NCBI RefSeq assembly: GCF_003019035.1 | Contig: NZ_CP027447.1 | Source of the DNA: Escherichia coli | Lineage (GTDB): Bacteria > Pseudomonadota > Gammaproteobacteria > Enterobacterales > Enterobacteriaceae | DNA length: 64,000 nt | Direction: 5' to 3' (one strand) | In this document: piece by piece, positions 53,254 through 62,786 of the stretch | Layout: each line of letters begins with the position of its first letter | Position numbering within the stretch: the stretch's first letter is position 1 | Made by a program: the position numbers and the translations under genes | Notes under the pieces: generated by a model | Databases searched by the model: none | What the model saw: the letters and a program-made list of their open reading frames with translations, nothing else | Told to the model about the DNA's origin: nothing

Positions 53254-53712
53254 TCAGCGACGGGCCGCTGATTCAAGATGGCGGACAATGGTATCGAGGA
53301 TGGGGATTACCACTTCAGGCTGTAGTTCTCCATCCCCCGTCACCGGCAGGAACGGGCGGGCCGGAAGTTCAACAGACTCATTACGCCCCGTTTTACCCCC
53401 GAACTGGTGAATGGCACCGTAAACAACGTTGGTCCCCACAACAGCCTGCCGGGCGTCATGGTCGGTTGATACTGACCCCATCAGACGCCCGGTATCCTGC
53501 AGTGTCTGCCCGTCACGTTCTTCCGCTGCCAGCGAGGGCATCCACCCCGGACGCCCCTCATCAAGAAAGTTAAACTGTGTTTCCGCCAGCAGGGTTCCGG
53601 CGATTTTGCGCATCGCGGGCTCCAGGTCTGTGGCAGCAAGATCCAGCGCACGGAGGCTCCGGCGCAGGGATTTATCGTTAATGGTGATACTGACCAGGTT
53701 ATCGGAAGCCAT
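53254..53712 (-). CDS. Virion morphogenesis protein (Mu gpG-like)
   Basis: 152-aa ORF between the F-like and I-like genes. Confidence 0.7.
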   Translation of the reverse strand: MASDNLVSITINDKSLRRSLRALDLAATDLEPAMRKIAGTLLAETQFNFLDEGRPGWMPSLAAEERDGQTLQDTGRLMGSVSTDHDARQAVVGTNVVYGAIHQFGGKTGRNESVELPARPFLPVTGDGELQPEVVIPILDTIVRHLESAARR

Positions 53713-53714
53713 TG

Positions 53715-54536
53715 TTATCCTCTCAGTTCCTGTTGTGCCAGTGGCTGAAGCGTACCCTGATAGCGGGCCAGGTCGGGACGGTATGCTGCCCCCGGTGCAT
53801 AAGACCAGCCGACGTCGGTGGTCACCTTCGTGGTGCCGGTATTAAAGGTGGCCACGTTCCGCATTTCGCCGGTTTTCTCTGAGACCAGTTTCAGTTCCTG
53901 GCCCATGGCAGAGCCGGAGCTGATAACCTTCAGGCCCCGGGCACGTACATCCGCCGCACTCAGGGCAATCACACTACAGCGGCAGCGCCAGCCGTTCGGC
54001 GGGTAAAATGCCTGCCAGAACGGGTCATCCCAGCGCAGCACCAGACCATGCAGCGCCAGATGGCTCCTGCGGGTATGGCTGTCGTTGATGCCGGTATACA
54101 TCCAGTACGGCCTGTCGTCGACGTTTTCCATCTGCTCCGCCCAACGACCGGCGCTGTAGAGTACGGACATATTGGTGCGAAAGATGGTGTCGAGCCGCCA
54201 CGGGCTGCCCTGCTGAATGGTGACCGGCTCACCCGTTACCGGGTCAGTCGTGTCACGTGGTCCCCACCATCCCTTACGCTTCAGCACCGGCTCCAGCTCC
54301 TGCCGGAACCAGCGATCGGTTTTTCCTTCATCGACAGCCTGCTGCAGTGCCCCGCGAATATCTTCCAGAATATCCAGGCGGGTCACTTTAGCGACGGTAA
54401 AGGCGCGGGCATGGGCTTCCTGCCACATTTCTTCCCAGTCCCAGGTAATCTGATACCCTTTGGACTTCAGGTAACTGACTGCCCGCTTCGGGGGAAGCGT
54501 CATGCAGTACGCCAGTTCAGCCGTTGTCACGCTCAT
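53715..54536 (-). CDS. Minor head protein (Mu F-like head morphogenesis)
   Basis: Start chosen at MSVTTAELAY; overlaps the portal gene's 3' end. Confidence 0.8.
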   Translation of the reverse strand: MSVTTAELAYCMTLPPKRAVSYLKSKGYQITWDWEEMWQEAHARAFTVAKVTRLDILEDIRGALQQAVDEGKTDRWFRQELEPVLKRKGWWGPRDTTDPVTGEPVTIQQGSPWRLDTIFRTNMSVLYSAGRWAEQMENVDDRPYWMYTGINDSHTRRSHLALHGLVLRWDDPFWQAFYPPNGWRCRCSVIALSAADVRARGLKVISSGSAMGQELKLVSEKTGEMRNVATFNTGTTKVTTDVGWSYAPGAAYRPDLARYQGTLQPLAQQELRG

Positions 54537-56013
54537 GCAGACGCCCCCGGATATTTGCCACAAAGAGAATGCGGGCCAGCCGCTCCTGCAGATCGTCCGT
54601 GTTCATCTGAGGGTAGAGCTCCGCCAGTTCGCCCAGCAGCTCAGACGGGTTAACCCCGTTTTCGACCCGCTTAAACAGAGGTGCCAGGACGGGTTCCAGC
54701 GTGCCATTTAACACACCTCCGTTCATCAGAATGTCCAGTGCGTCGTCAAGCTGCTGTTGAGCCTGAATATCGGCATCAATCGCCTCGGCAAATGACAGCG
54801 GCAGCATGTTCTTCTCGCGTTCTGACGGTGGTGTCTCGTCAATATCGCCGTCCTGCAGCTGGTACTCACGCTTGAAGTATTGCGGGGTCAGACGCAGACC
54901 CGCCCGGGTGAGTTTTTCGTCGCGGGTGGCACGGGTGTCATCAATGGCCTCCTGTTCCCACATGGCCCAGACCGGACACGGCACATCGCCGAAGTTCAGG
55001 GTGACCACCGTTCTTATGACCTGATTCACTGCCGCCTGAATGATGTCCGCATCCGCATCGCGGATATCAGCCGTCACCTCCAGCCCGGCCTGTGCAGAGG
55101 CCTTGTTACTGTTCGCTTCCGTGGTCTGATTCTGACCGAGTAATGCAATGGAGATCTCACTGCGTGACAGTGTGATCAGCTCGCGGAATACCTCGCTGCT
55201 GTCCGCCTTGCCATCCGCTGCTTTGAGTTCGATACTGCTGTCATCGGGGATGGCGGCCACCGCGTCCTCCACCATCTGCTCCATGGAGTCCAGCAGTTTT
55301 TCAATCTCTGCATCATTTGCACCCCTCGGGTGCTTACCGATCACCCACGGGGAGCCAAACTTTTCGGCAAAGCGGAGCCAGAATTTCATCCCGCCTTTCT
55401 TGAAGGCGACCGGCCAGAAGCACATGGACAGGTCCGGGAAACCGTAAGGATTGTCATAGGATGCATCCTGTGCCGGCACCACGAATTTTGACGGTGACAG
55501 CAGCTCACCCTCCACACCCGCATCACGCGCCCGGAAGCGCAGGCAGTTGTCCGTATCAAACTGGAACCACTCAGGTGGTTTGCCGACAATATCCGTCACC
55601 GCCCACGCCCTGACCGAACGGCCCCACATGATTTCACAGGGCTGATACCCGTAGAGCACGGCATCGCTCATCTCACCGATGATGCGGGACAGATCCAGAT
55701 CGTCGAGCATGTCGCGGATGAAACGGAAGACCCGGGCAGAAGCGTGACCGCGCTCCAGTCCACGCTCCAGCGATTTGAGCGCTGCTTTACGTCTGCGGAT
55801 ACAGCCCCCGACCAGCGGGTCGGTGCGCAGTTCGCGGTAGATACGGATATCCCGTCCCTGAGCCTTGAGAATGGGATCAGGATTGGGCAGATACATGCCC
55901 AGTCCGTAAAAGTCGATCGCGCGGCTGCGGGAGGCAATCTGCGCGGTCAGTGATTTCTGAGGCTCAGAAAAAGCAACAAATTCATCGGGTGAAACCCAGA
56001 TACCCCTCGCCAT
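54517..56013 (-). CDS. Portal protein (Mu gp29-like, DUF935-type)
   Basis: 498-aa ORF immediately after the large terminase gene. Confidence 0.85.
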   Translation of the reverse strand: MARGIWVSPDEFVAFSEPQKSLTAQIASRSRAIDFYGLGMYLPNPDPILKAQGRDIRIYRELRTDPLVGGCIRRRKAALKSLERGLERGHASARVFRFIRDMLDDLDLSRIIGEMSDAVLYGYQPCEIMWGRSVRAWAVTDIVGKPPEWFQFDTDNCLRFRARDAGVEGELLSPSKFVVPAQDASYDNPYGFPDLSMCFWPVAFKKGGMKFWLRFAEKFGSPWVIGKHPRGANDAEIEKLLDSMEQMVEDAVAAIPDDSSIELKAADGKADSSEVFRELITLSRSEISIALLGQNQTTEANSNKASAQAGLEVTADIRDADADIIQAAVNQVIRTVVTLNFGDVPCPVWAMWEQEAIDDTRATRDEKLTRAGLRLTPQYFKREYQLQDGDIDETPPSEREKNMLPLSFAEAIDADIQAQQQLDDALDILMNGGVLNGTLEPVLAPLFKRVENGVNPSELLGELAELYPQMNTDDLQERLARILFVANIRGRLHERDNG

Positions 56014-57329
56014 CAGAATCCCTCCAGTATATGACCAGCCTCACGGCGGTGACGCGAACGGGCCATCACCGGCCCTGACGGTCCGTCAGTGGCGTTTATT
56101 GCCAGAAAACAGGCCCATGTGCGGTCGGCGTGACCTGCTGCATCACTTTCGGCCACAAAGCGGGGAGTTCCGGTAGGCCCGGTAACCTTGCGAAGTTTAT
56201 GCAGATCACTGCGCAGGACCACATCTCCCGCCGGAATACGCAGGCGGCGGTCCTCAAACATCTCCCTGCCACGGGTCGCGAGGGTGAGCTTGTTCGGGCT
56301 GTTAAATATCACCCCCTCCACACGGCTTCTGCCATGGCGACCCTGTGCATCCTCCACCGGCTTTTCTCCCATCCCGGTCTGATCCATACAGCAGCGCAGC
56401 ACGCGGTAACGGAAAAATACGTCATCCAGCAAAGCATCCTGCTCAGCAAAGGTGGCCCGTTTACGGGTGATGATTTCCCGGGTCCAGTAGACATCCCCCA
56501 CCTGTTCAAGCACCCAGATGACAAACAGGTCATTACGAACAGCAATATCCACCCCCACAAAGCAGGGGCCACCCGTATAGTGCACCGGCAGCCCGGCAGC
56601 ATCGTGCTCCACGCCGTCAATCAGTTCAAACGTCAGCCAGGCCGATGCCTCATCCAGCCACTTCAGTTCAAACTCCTGTGCCCAGGCGTCATCATCGTTG
56701 AGCGCCTGTCGCATCTGTGCAATATCCCGCGGCAGACCATCACGCACGGCACGGTAAATATCCACGATGTGACGTGACCAGACATTTTCAAGGGCGTTGC
56801 TGGTCATCAGTTCATAAAACTTGTTTCCCTTGCCGTTCGGTGTCGATGTCACACGCAGTCTGTAGCCGTTGGAAATGACCGGAAACAGAGCGGTCCAGAT
56901 TTTGCGACTGTCGGCATGGAAGGCGAACTCATCCAGAAAGACGTTAGCCGCAAACCCACGAGCCGTGTCGGGATTCGCCGGCAGGGCCGTGATACGGGAG
57001 CCGCCGGGTAACTCCACCTCAAGCATGGTGTAGCGTTCGCCGCTTTCAGCACGGTAATAACTTTCCACCTCACGGGCCGCCATCCGGTAGGCGCTGCAGT
57101 GTTTTTTCACCCCCTCCACCATGGCTTCTTTTGCCTGACGCTCCCCGCGCGAGAGGATCACCCAGCGTGTACGTCCCCCTGAGGCCTCCGTTTCAAAACA
57201 GTCATCAACCAGTTCCAGCGTGGTGGTGAACGTCTTGCCCGTCTGACGGGCAAACATACCAATCTTGAAACGGGCACGATCCAGAAACCACGACTGCTGA
57301 TAGGGATACAGCTGAATGGCCGCTGTCAT
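56013..57329 (-). CDS. Terminase large subunit
   Basis: 438-aa ORF with Walker A-like ARQTGKT near the N-terminus and a C-terminal nuclease-like domain. Confidence 0.88.
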   Translation of the reverse strand: MTAAIQLYPYQQSWFLDRARFKIGMFARQTGKTFTTTLELVDDCFETEASGGRTRWVILSRGERQAKEAMVEGVKKHCSAYRMAAREVESYYRAESGERYTMLEVELPGGSRITALPANPDTARGFAANVFLDEFAFHADSRKIWTALFPVISNGYRLRVTSTPNGKGNKFYELMTSNALENVWSRHIVDIYRAVRDGLPRDIAQMRQALNDDDAWAQEFELKWLDEASAWLTFELIDGVEHDAAGLPVHYTGGPCFVGVDIAVRNDLFVIWVLEQVGDVYWTREIITRKRATFAEQDALLDDVFFRYRVLRCCMDQTGMGEKPVEDAQGRHGRSRVEGVIFNSPNKLTLATRGREMFEDRRLRIPAGDVVLRSDLHKLRKVTGPTGTPRFVAESDAAGHADRTWACFLAINATDGPSGPVMARSRHRREAGHILEGF

Positions 57330-57880
57330 GAGATCACCCCGTAAATCTGTTCCCGCACCATCTTCAGGGTTTCCAGACTCAGGCGGGTGTCGCCGGACTT
57401 CGCCTGTTTTTCCAGAGCATTCATCCGCGCCTCAATTTTTGCCAGCACCTCGGCCCGGAATCGCTTGTGGGTCACCGAAGCCCGTACCAGTGTGGCTATA
57501 CTTTCCGAAGCAGTGGCCAGCAGTTTTGCGCGTTTTGCAGGATCATCACTTTCCCCGATTTCCTGCAGACGCATCAGAACATCCAGCATCTCGGTCTGAA
57601 TCAGTGCCATCATCCCGGCAGAACGATCGTCCGCCTCGTCACCGGCTTCCTGCGCCATCAGACGCGCGGCCTCGGTGGCGGCGCGGATGCGGGCCAGTTG
57701 TCGCTCCATTTTGTAGCCAAACCGCTGCAGGGAAGAGCGGGTGATGACGTATCCCTTCTCCTTCAGCAGGGCTTCCAGCCGGGCATATCCACTGAAGTTA
57801 TTCTCCGTCAGTGCCCGCTCCAGCCAGCGGCGGACCTCCGTCGGCAGAGAATCAATGCTGCTGCGACGTCCCATAATCAC
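57326..57880 (-). CDS. Putative terminase small subunit (Mu gp27-like)
   Basis: 184-aa ORF whose stop overlaps the large terminase start. Confidence 0.65.
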   Translation of the reverse strand: MIMGRRSSIDSLPTEVRRWLERALTENNFSGYARLEALLKEKGYVITRSSLQRFGYKMERQLARIRAATEAARLMAQEAGDEADDRSAGMMALIQTEMLDVLMRLQEIGESDDPAKRAKLLATASESIATLVRASVTHKRFRAEVLAKIEARMNALEKQAKSGDTRLSLETLKMVREQIYGVIS

Positions 57881-58188
57881 TCACTCCAGTATTTTTCCGG
57901 GCGGGCAATACCCGGGCCGCATTCCACGGTGTATTCCACAATATCCACACCAAGGCGACTCAGATCGGCAAACCAGTCACCGGACGGTCTCTTCTCCAGC
58001 TCCACCATTTTGCGATCTGCCAGATAATCAAGCTCCCGGCGCAGCTCCAGTTGCGTGGTGTCCGGGTAGATGGCACGGGACACGTCCAGCAGCAACGTTT
58101 CGCTGGCGGTGTAAGGGCGGGTTTTGTTCAGGGCAACCAGCAGACTCCAGCGCAGGGATTCGCGGCGTACCCGGGTAATATCGACCAT
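57877..58188 (-). CDS. Hypothetical protein (Mu gp26 position)
   Basis: 103-aa ORF. Confidence 0.4.
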   Translation of the reverse strand: MVDITRVRRESLRWSLLVALNKTRPYTASETLLLDVSRAIYPDTTQLELRRELDYLADRKMVELEKRPSGDWFADLSRLGVDIVEYTVECGPGIARPEKYWSE

Positions 58189-58514
58189 TATTGACCTCCG
58201 GTATTGCGGTACTGCTGTACCACTTCCAGTTTGTTGTAAAGTGCGTCCAGTTTGGCCTCGATGACTGTCTGGCCACGGATATAATCCTCGCGACGGACAT
58301 AATTCAGCGGTAAATCCGCTTTAAATCGCATAAATTCCTTTTCCAGCTCGCCCCAGTTGGAGGCGGACTGTTGCAGGGCCTGTTCAAGGGAGGCGAATCG
58401 TGCCGCCTGGCGTTCTTCTGTTTTACTGAACAACCATTTGGCGAGCCCTCCAACAAACCCCATGAAGGTGAGCAGAAAACTCACCACCGTCCAGAATTCA
58501 ACCTGCAGTGTCAT
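58188..58514 (-). CDS. Hypothetical membrane protein (Mu gp25 position)
   Basis: 108-aa ORF with one N-terminal TM helix. Confidence 0.4.
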   Translation of the reverse strand: MTLQVEFWTVVSFLLTFMGFVGGLAKWLFSKTEERQAARFASLEQALQQSASNWGELEKEFMRFKADLPLNYVRREDYIRGQTVIEAKLDALYNKLEVVQQYRNTGGQ

Positions 58515-59164
58515 TTCTGTAATCCTTCCCGTTCATCCAGCAGCGCGTTTATCTGGTTTCGCCAGCGACGACATTGCCCTGCGTTGTCGATGATGTTGGC
58601 GAGGACGTCACGCTGGGAGACACCCGAATTGCGTAACCGGGCGTCAGCGGTTTCAGGTTGCCCGGTCGCTGCGCCAGTGCCGGTGCCAGCGGCGGCAGTT
58701 GCGTCTGAATGACCGGTGTCGACGGATGCGTTGTCATACCCGAGTGCGGCGTTGTACTGGCGCACGAAACCGCGAGTAAACACGCACTCAATGGGATGGC
58801 TCTTACCTTTTTCATCAATCCAGCGCTGTGTGACATCGTTAATTTGCCCCTGTAGTTGTTTGTTCAGGCTCTCCAGTTGAGCAATCTGCTCAAGATAACC
58901 GGCTTCAGCCCGCTGCCCGGCGGCCACCTGCTCCTGATACCGTTTTGCCCATGCTCGCAACGCAGCGTTCTCAAGCATTGCCTGCTCCGTTTTGTATGTG
59001 TCGAATGCTGACTGCAACTCACTGATCGCCTTATCGCCGTCGCGCGTGGCGTTTTCATGCCCGCTTTTGTAGCCCAGGTAATAAAGTCCAATCAGAAAAG
59101 CATTTATGAGCACAGCCAGCAGCAGACTGCGCCACGGCAGATTTTTTAGCAGGTTAGTCCACAC
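58511..59164 (-). CDS. Rz-like inner-membrane spanin
   Basis: 217-aa ORF with an N-terminal TM helix and coiled-coil periplasmic region; contains an embedded +1-frame lipoprotein ORF. Confidence 0.65.
   Translation of the reverse strand: MWTNLLKNLPWRSLLLAVLINAFLIGLYYLGYKSGHENATRDGDKAISELQSAFDTYKTEQAMLENAALRAWAKRYQEQVAAGQRAEAGYLEQIAQLESLNKQLQGQINDVTQRWIDEKGKSHPIECVFTRGFVRQYNAALGYDNASVDTGHSDATAAAGTGTGAATGQPETADARLRNSGVSQRDVLANIIDNAGQCRRWRNQINALLDEREGLQK
58549..58815 (-). CDS. Rz1-like outer-membrane lipoprotein spanin, embedded in the Rz-like gene
   Basis: MKKVRAIPLSACLLAVSC signal/lipobox followed by a Pro-rich sequence; ATG at 58813-58815 checked by hand. Confidence 0.6.
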   Translation of the reverse strand: MKKVRAIPLSACLLAVSCASTTPHSGMTTHPSTPVIQTQLPPLAPALAQRPGNLKPLTPGYAIRVSPSVTSSPTSSTTQGNVVAGETR

Positions 59165-59882
59165 AGCTGCCGCCCCCCCATGTCAGATAACGGGGGGCCA
59201 GTTCGTGCAGGATGCGCTGCGGATAATGGCGGTTCTCCCGCCAGCTGGCAGCATTGCGTCCGGCATTCACCGTGGCGACATGCCCGAACCAGCGGGTACT
59301 GTCCAGGCCTTTCTGTGATGCTAGCTGCCTGTCCCGTTGTACCCAGCCCAGACCACCGTTATAGCCCGACAGTGTCATGGCCATACGTTCGCAGTCACTG
59401 GCGGCGCTGACGCGCTGCCACAGCCAGCGGTCATAGCTGACCAGCGCCCGGATGGCCCATGCCGGATTAAACGGCTCACGGCTGTTAAGCCCCGGCATCA
59501 GCTGACTTATCCAGTCAGCAGTGGCGGGCATGAACTGCGCCAGTCCCTGAGCGCCAGCCGGCGAGACCGCATCAGGTCGCCAGCCGCTTTCCTGATGCAG
59601 TTGCGCAGCGAAATCGGCCACCGGCGCAGACAGTCCCCATTCAAGCCGGGCATTACGGATCACATCATCGCGATACTGCAGCGCAGCCTGCGGAGGCTGC
59701 GCTGCGCGGGCCTGACTGAAGAAGCCGCCACACCAGAGCAGCCAGACAATCACCAGGTTGCCAGCAAGCTGCCACCAGAAGCTGTATTTATCGTTACGTG
59801 GTTCTCCGTGTCTGATGGCGGTTACGCCCAGACCAAAGGCGAACAGAATAATGAGGGTGATTTGAGGCCAGTTCATGGTCAC
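59154..59882 (-). CDS. Lytic transglycosylase (SLT-domain) endolysin with N-terminal hydrophobic segments
   Basis: 242-aa ORF; SLT catalytic region LHQESGW...GLAQFMPAT; two N-terminal hydrophobic stretches. Confidence 0.8.
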   Translation of the reverse strand: MTMNWPQITLIILFAFGLGVTAIRHGEPRNDKYSFWWQLAGNLVIVWLLWCGGFFSQARAAQPPQAALQYRDDVIRNARLEWGLSAPVADFAAQLHQESGWRPDAVSPAGAQGLAQFMPATADWISQLMPGLNSREPFNPAWAIRALVSYDRWLWQRVSAASDCERMAMTLSGYNGGLGWVQRDRQLASQKGLDSTRWFGHVATVNAGRNAASWRENRHYPQRILHELAPRYLTWGGGSCVD

Positions 59883-60262
59883 AGTCCTGTTGCCACAGCC
59901 AGACAGACCGCTGCAACAATCAGTGCACGGCGGATTAACGCAGCAGAAAATACAAGGTGAAGGCCGGTCTGCACAGGGAAACGCCCTTCAGCCATCAGCC
60001 TGTCTTCATGTTTCAGGTACTGACCGGGACGGGCTTTGGGGAAGAGTGAACGGTCAAGCCAGTAACCCAGCACTGCTGCCAGCGTGATGAGTGCCAGCTT
60101 GTAGATCACAACAGGCAGCTGCTGTGGCGAGACCAGAGCGATGGTGCCCAGCAACAGCACTGAGGTCAGCAGCCAGCCGCTGAGGCGAGGTTTTTTAACA
60201 GGGGGAATGAATTTTTTCAGGTTTTTCATGTGTGTCTCCTTGTCTGGTGGAGACAGCATCAC
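59879..60262 (-). CDS. Putative holin / lysis-associated membrane protein
   Basis: 127-aa ORF with about 3 predicted TM helices, first gene of the lysis cluster. Confidence 0.45.
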   Translation of the reverse strand: MMLSPPDKETHMKNLKKFIPPVKKPRLSGWLLTSVLLLGTIALVSPQQLPVVIYKLALITLAAVLGYWLDRSLFPKARPGQYLKHEDRLMAEGRFPVQTGLHLVFSAALIRRALIVAAVCLAVATGL

Positions 60263-60359
60263 AAATACAGGGCGCGAAGGATTTTAAAGCGCGTTAAGAG
60301 AGCCGGGGATACGGGATGTGCAGGATAAACGATGAATTATTCACAGAGGAGAATACGAT

Positions 60360-60785
60360 ATGACGCAGACACTGAATCCGGTCATCACTGTCACCGTGTC
60401 CGGTCCTGTGGGCAGCGGTAAAAGTTACGTACTGGCGCGGATAGAAGAGATGGTGAAACAGGAACCCGGAAACAGCGTCATTGTCGATGCTGCTGACGTG
60501 GAGAATGAGCGCCGTATGAGTGGGGATGATCTGAGCACATGGCAGAAACCACAGGCAGGTACAATTATCCGACTGGAAGAATACACTGAGCGGGTAACTC
60601 TATCATATAGTGAGGAGCGCATTTGCCTGACGAATGCACTGCTGGAAGTTATATGTCCCGAAGGCAAGAGCCCCTGGATACTACCCGATGCTGTACATGC
60701 CGCAATTGCTGCATTGTTCGTATTATACGATCAGGAGCTGGTTTTAATGGAGTTATGTAAGGTTATTAAAGCTACAGAAAAGTAA
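60360..60785 (+). CDS. Small P-loop (Walker A GPVGSGKS) protein, hypothetical
   Basis: 141-aa plus-strand ORF with a good Shine-Dalgarno (gaggag); oriented opposite to the late operon. Confidence 0.5.
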   Translation: MTQTLNPVITVTVSGPVGSGKSYVLARIEEMVKQEPGNSVIVDAADVENERRMSGDDLSTWQKPQAGTIIRLEEYTERVTLSYSEERICLTNALLEVICPEGKSPWILPDAVHAAIAALFVLYDQELVLMELCKVIKATEK

Positions 60786-60860
60786 AAATATTATCGGTAT
60801 CCTGTGGATGATAAAAACACGCTACCCACAGGATTACTTGTATAAAACCGTGGATAACAA

Positions 60861-61355
60861 CTAGATAAAACCATCATAGAAGTCATCCCTCTTACGAGAC
60901 CTGATACGAACTGGATTTGGCTCTCCTTTCAACCATACAGCACTGTTTTGACCACAAACCGGACACATGCAAAAACTGTCTTTTCGTATATGCAGGATAC
61001 TTTTCAGGTTTTTGGAATCAAAACAAGTCTGGCAAATATAATGTTCAGTTTCATCGTTTCCCGTATAACGATAAGCATAGAAGCCTTTTTCTTCACTCAG
61101 TAACGTCAGTTTATAATTACCGCGAAAGTTAAGAAGGTCTTCCAGAGAGCGAATTTTCTCTTCCAGATTGGTAATGGTTTTTTGCTGTTCTCCTAGCTTG
61201 CTCGTTACCTCAAAGAACTGCCCCTGTGCTTCAATAATTTTACTCTGTAATTCACTGGTCAAAGCGGCCTGTTTTATTTGATCACGCTCTTTTATTATTT
61301 TCTGAGCAGTACTGCTGATATAGCCAAGAGCTGTTAATAAAGCGTTTGTATCCAT
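60861..61355 (-). CDS. Hypothetical coiled-coil protein with C-terminal Cys4 zinc-ribbon-like motif
   Basis: Start chosen at MDTNALLTALGY; ends CQTCF...CMCPVCG; sits in a visibly AT-rich stretch (about 60800-61400). Confidence 0.5.
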   Translation of the reverse strand: MDTNALLTALGYISSTAQKIIKERDQIKQAALTSELQSKIIEAQGQFFEVTSKLGEQQKTITNLEEKIRSLEDLLNFRGNYKLTLLSEEKGFYAYRYTGNDETEHYICQTCFDSKNLKSILHIRKDSFCMCPVCGQNSAVWLKGEPNPVRIRSRKRDDFYDGFI

Positions 61356-61557
61356 AGCACCCCGATATCCTCTAAACCACATTAACAGAAATCACTTCAT
61401 CCCTGCCGCATCATGAAAGAACGACCAGCCCGGCACCCGAAAGCCGGGCTGGTCATCGTCCCACAGGAATGCACTGTGAGCCGACCGAGGTTCAGTCAGT
61501 CTCGCGAGACCAGACTAGCCTGCCATATTTTTAATAATTGTAAAAGGCTTACAGATT

Positions 61558-62322
61558 ATGAAAATGCAGTCATTACCCATCGTTCCATGGATTGGTGGCA
61601 AACGCCGCCTTGCAAAACACATTCTGCCGCTGTTTCCGGCGCATGAATGTTATGTGGAGCCGTTTTGTGGGGCAGCAGCGCTCTATTTTCTTAAGACACC
61701 CGGCAAGATCGAAGTCATTAATGATATCAACGGTGAACTGGTGAATCTGTACCGGGTGGTAAAGCATCACCTGGAAGAATTTGTCCACCAGTTCAAATGG
61801 GCGCTGGTCAGCCGTCAGATCTACAAGTGGCTGCAGATCACCCCGGAAGAAACACTGACGGATATCCAGCGTGCAGCACGGTTCTACTACCTCCAGAAGC
61901 AGGCGTTTGGCGGCAAGGTAGCAGAACACAGCTTCGGTACCTCCACCACATCCCCGCCACGCTTCAACCTGCTGCGTATTGAAGAAGAACTGTCAGCGGC
62001 ACACCTGCGACTTTCCAGAACAGTCATAGAACACATGGACTGGCAACAGTGCATTGAGCGCTATGATCGTCCGCACACGCTGTTCTACTGTGATCCGCCG
62101 TATCTGGGTACGGAAGGCTATGGTGTGGATTTTCCTGAAGGGAACTACTCGCGGCTGGCAGAGCTGGCCCGGTGCATCAGAGGAAAAATGATAATTTCGG
62201 TGAACGACATCCCGCAGATGCGCGAGGTGTTCACTGGACTGAACATACAGACAGTGAATATCAACTACAGTCTGGCGGGGAAACCCACGCCGCGCCGTGA
62301 ACTGATAATCTGCAACTTCTGA
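61558..62322 (+). CDS. DNA adenine methyltransferase (Dam / D12 class N6-adenine MTase)
   Basis: 254-aa ORF with an N-terminal AdoMet-binding region and the DPPY catalytic motif (YCDPPYLGTEGYG). Confidence 0.85.
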   Translation: MKMQSLPIVPWIGGKRRLAKHILPLFPAHECYVEPFCGAAALYFLKTPGKIEVINDINGELVNLYRVVKHHLEEFVHQFKWALVSRQIYKWLQITPEETLTDIQRAARFYYLQKQAFGGKVAEHSFGTSTTSPPRFNLLRIEEELSAAHLRLSRTVIEHMDWQQCIERYDRPHTLFYCDPPYLGTEGYGVDFPEGNYSRLAELARCIRGKMIISVNDIPQMREVFTGLNIQTVNINYSLAGKPTPRRELIICNF

Positions 62323-62329
62323 AACAGAA

Positions 62330-62352
62330 CCGGAAAGCACAATGCTTTCCGG
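62330..62352. terminator. Perfect 10-bp stem hairpin between the convergent methylase and repressor genes
   Basis: ccggaaagca-caa-tgctttccgg; no strong T-tract. Confidence 0.4.
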
Positions 62353-62438
62353 TAAATCAGCCCATTCCTGCCATGCTACTGACGGCGCTTTCTGAAAGCG
62401 TCCAGATCAACCACCTGTCCTTTGTGTCCGGGTCAGAA

Positions 62439-62786
62439 TCAGCCTGTAAATTTACTTGGTTTGGGTTGAGTATAGAATCGCCCAACCTCAAGAAATGAGC
62501 GTCGTTGTTCCGGAGTCATTTCATCAAATGCGTCCATTAATTTTTGTTTTTCTGGTGACATTTTTGGGACAACATTGGTCATTACATCCCCTCTCTGTCC
62601 TGTAACAACGTAAAGCACGTCAAGCCCTAAAGTAGCCCAAATTGCCAAAGCATCTGCTCCGGGAGCGGATTCATCCTTTTCCCACCGCAATTGGCTTTTA
62701 TAGGATGCCCCCACCAATTCAGCAAACTCAGACTGACTAAATCCTAGGCGGTTTCGTTCTTCTTTTAATCGTGAGCCAAGTGACAT
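62439..62786 (-). CDS. HTH (XRE-family) phage repressor-like protein
   Basis: Start preferred at MSLGSRLKEERNRLGFSQSEFAELVGASYKSQLRWE; divergent from a Cro/Ner-like gene. Confidence 0.7.
   Translation of the reverse strand: MSLGSRLKEERNRLGFSQSEFAELVGASYKSQLRWEKDESAPGADALAIWATLGLDVLYVVTGQRGDVMTNVVPKMSPEKQKLMDAFDEMTPEQRRSFLEVGRFYTQPKPSKFTG

Noticed and set aside
55148-55447. Short plus-strand ORFs inside the portal and terminase genes
   Set aside because: They are antisense to long, well-supported structural genes and have skewed low-complexity composition.
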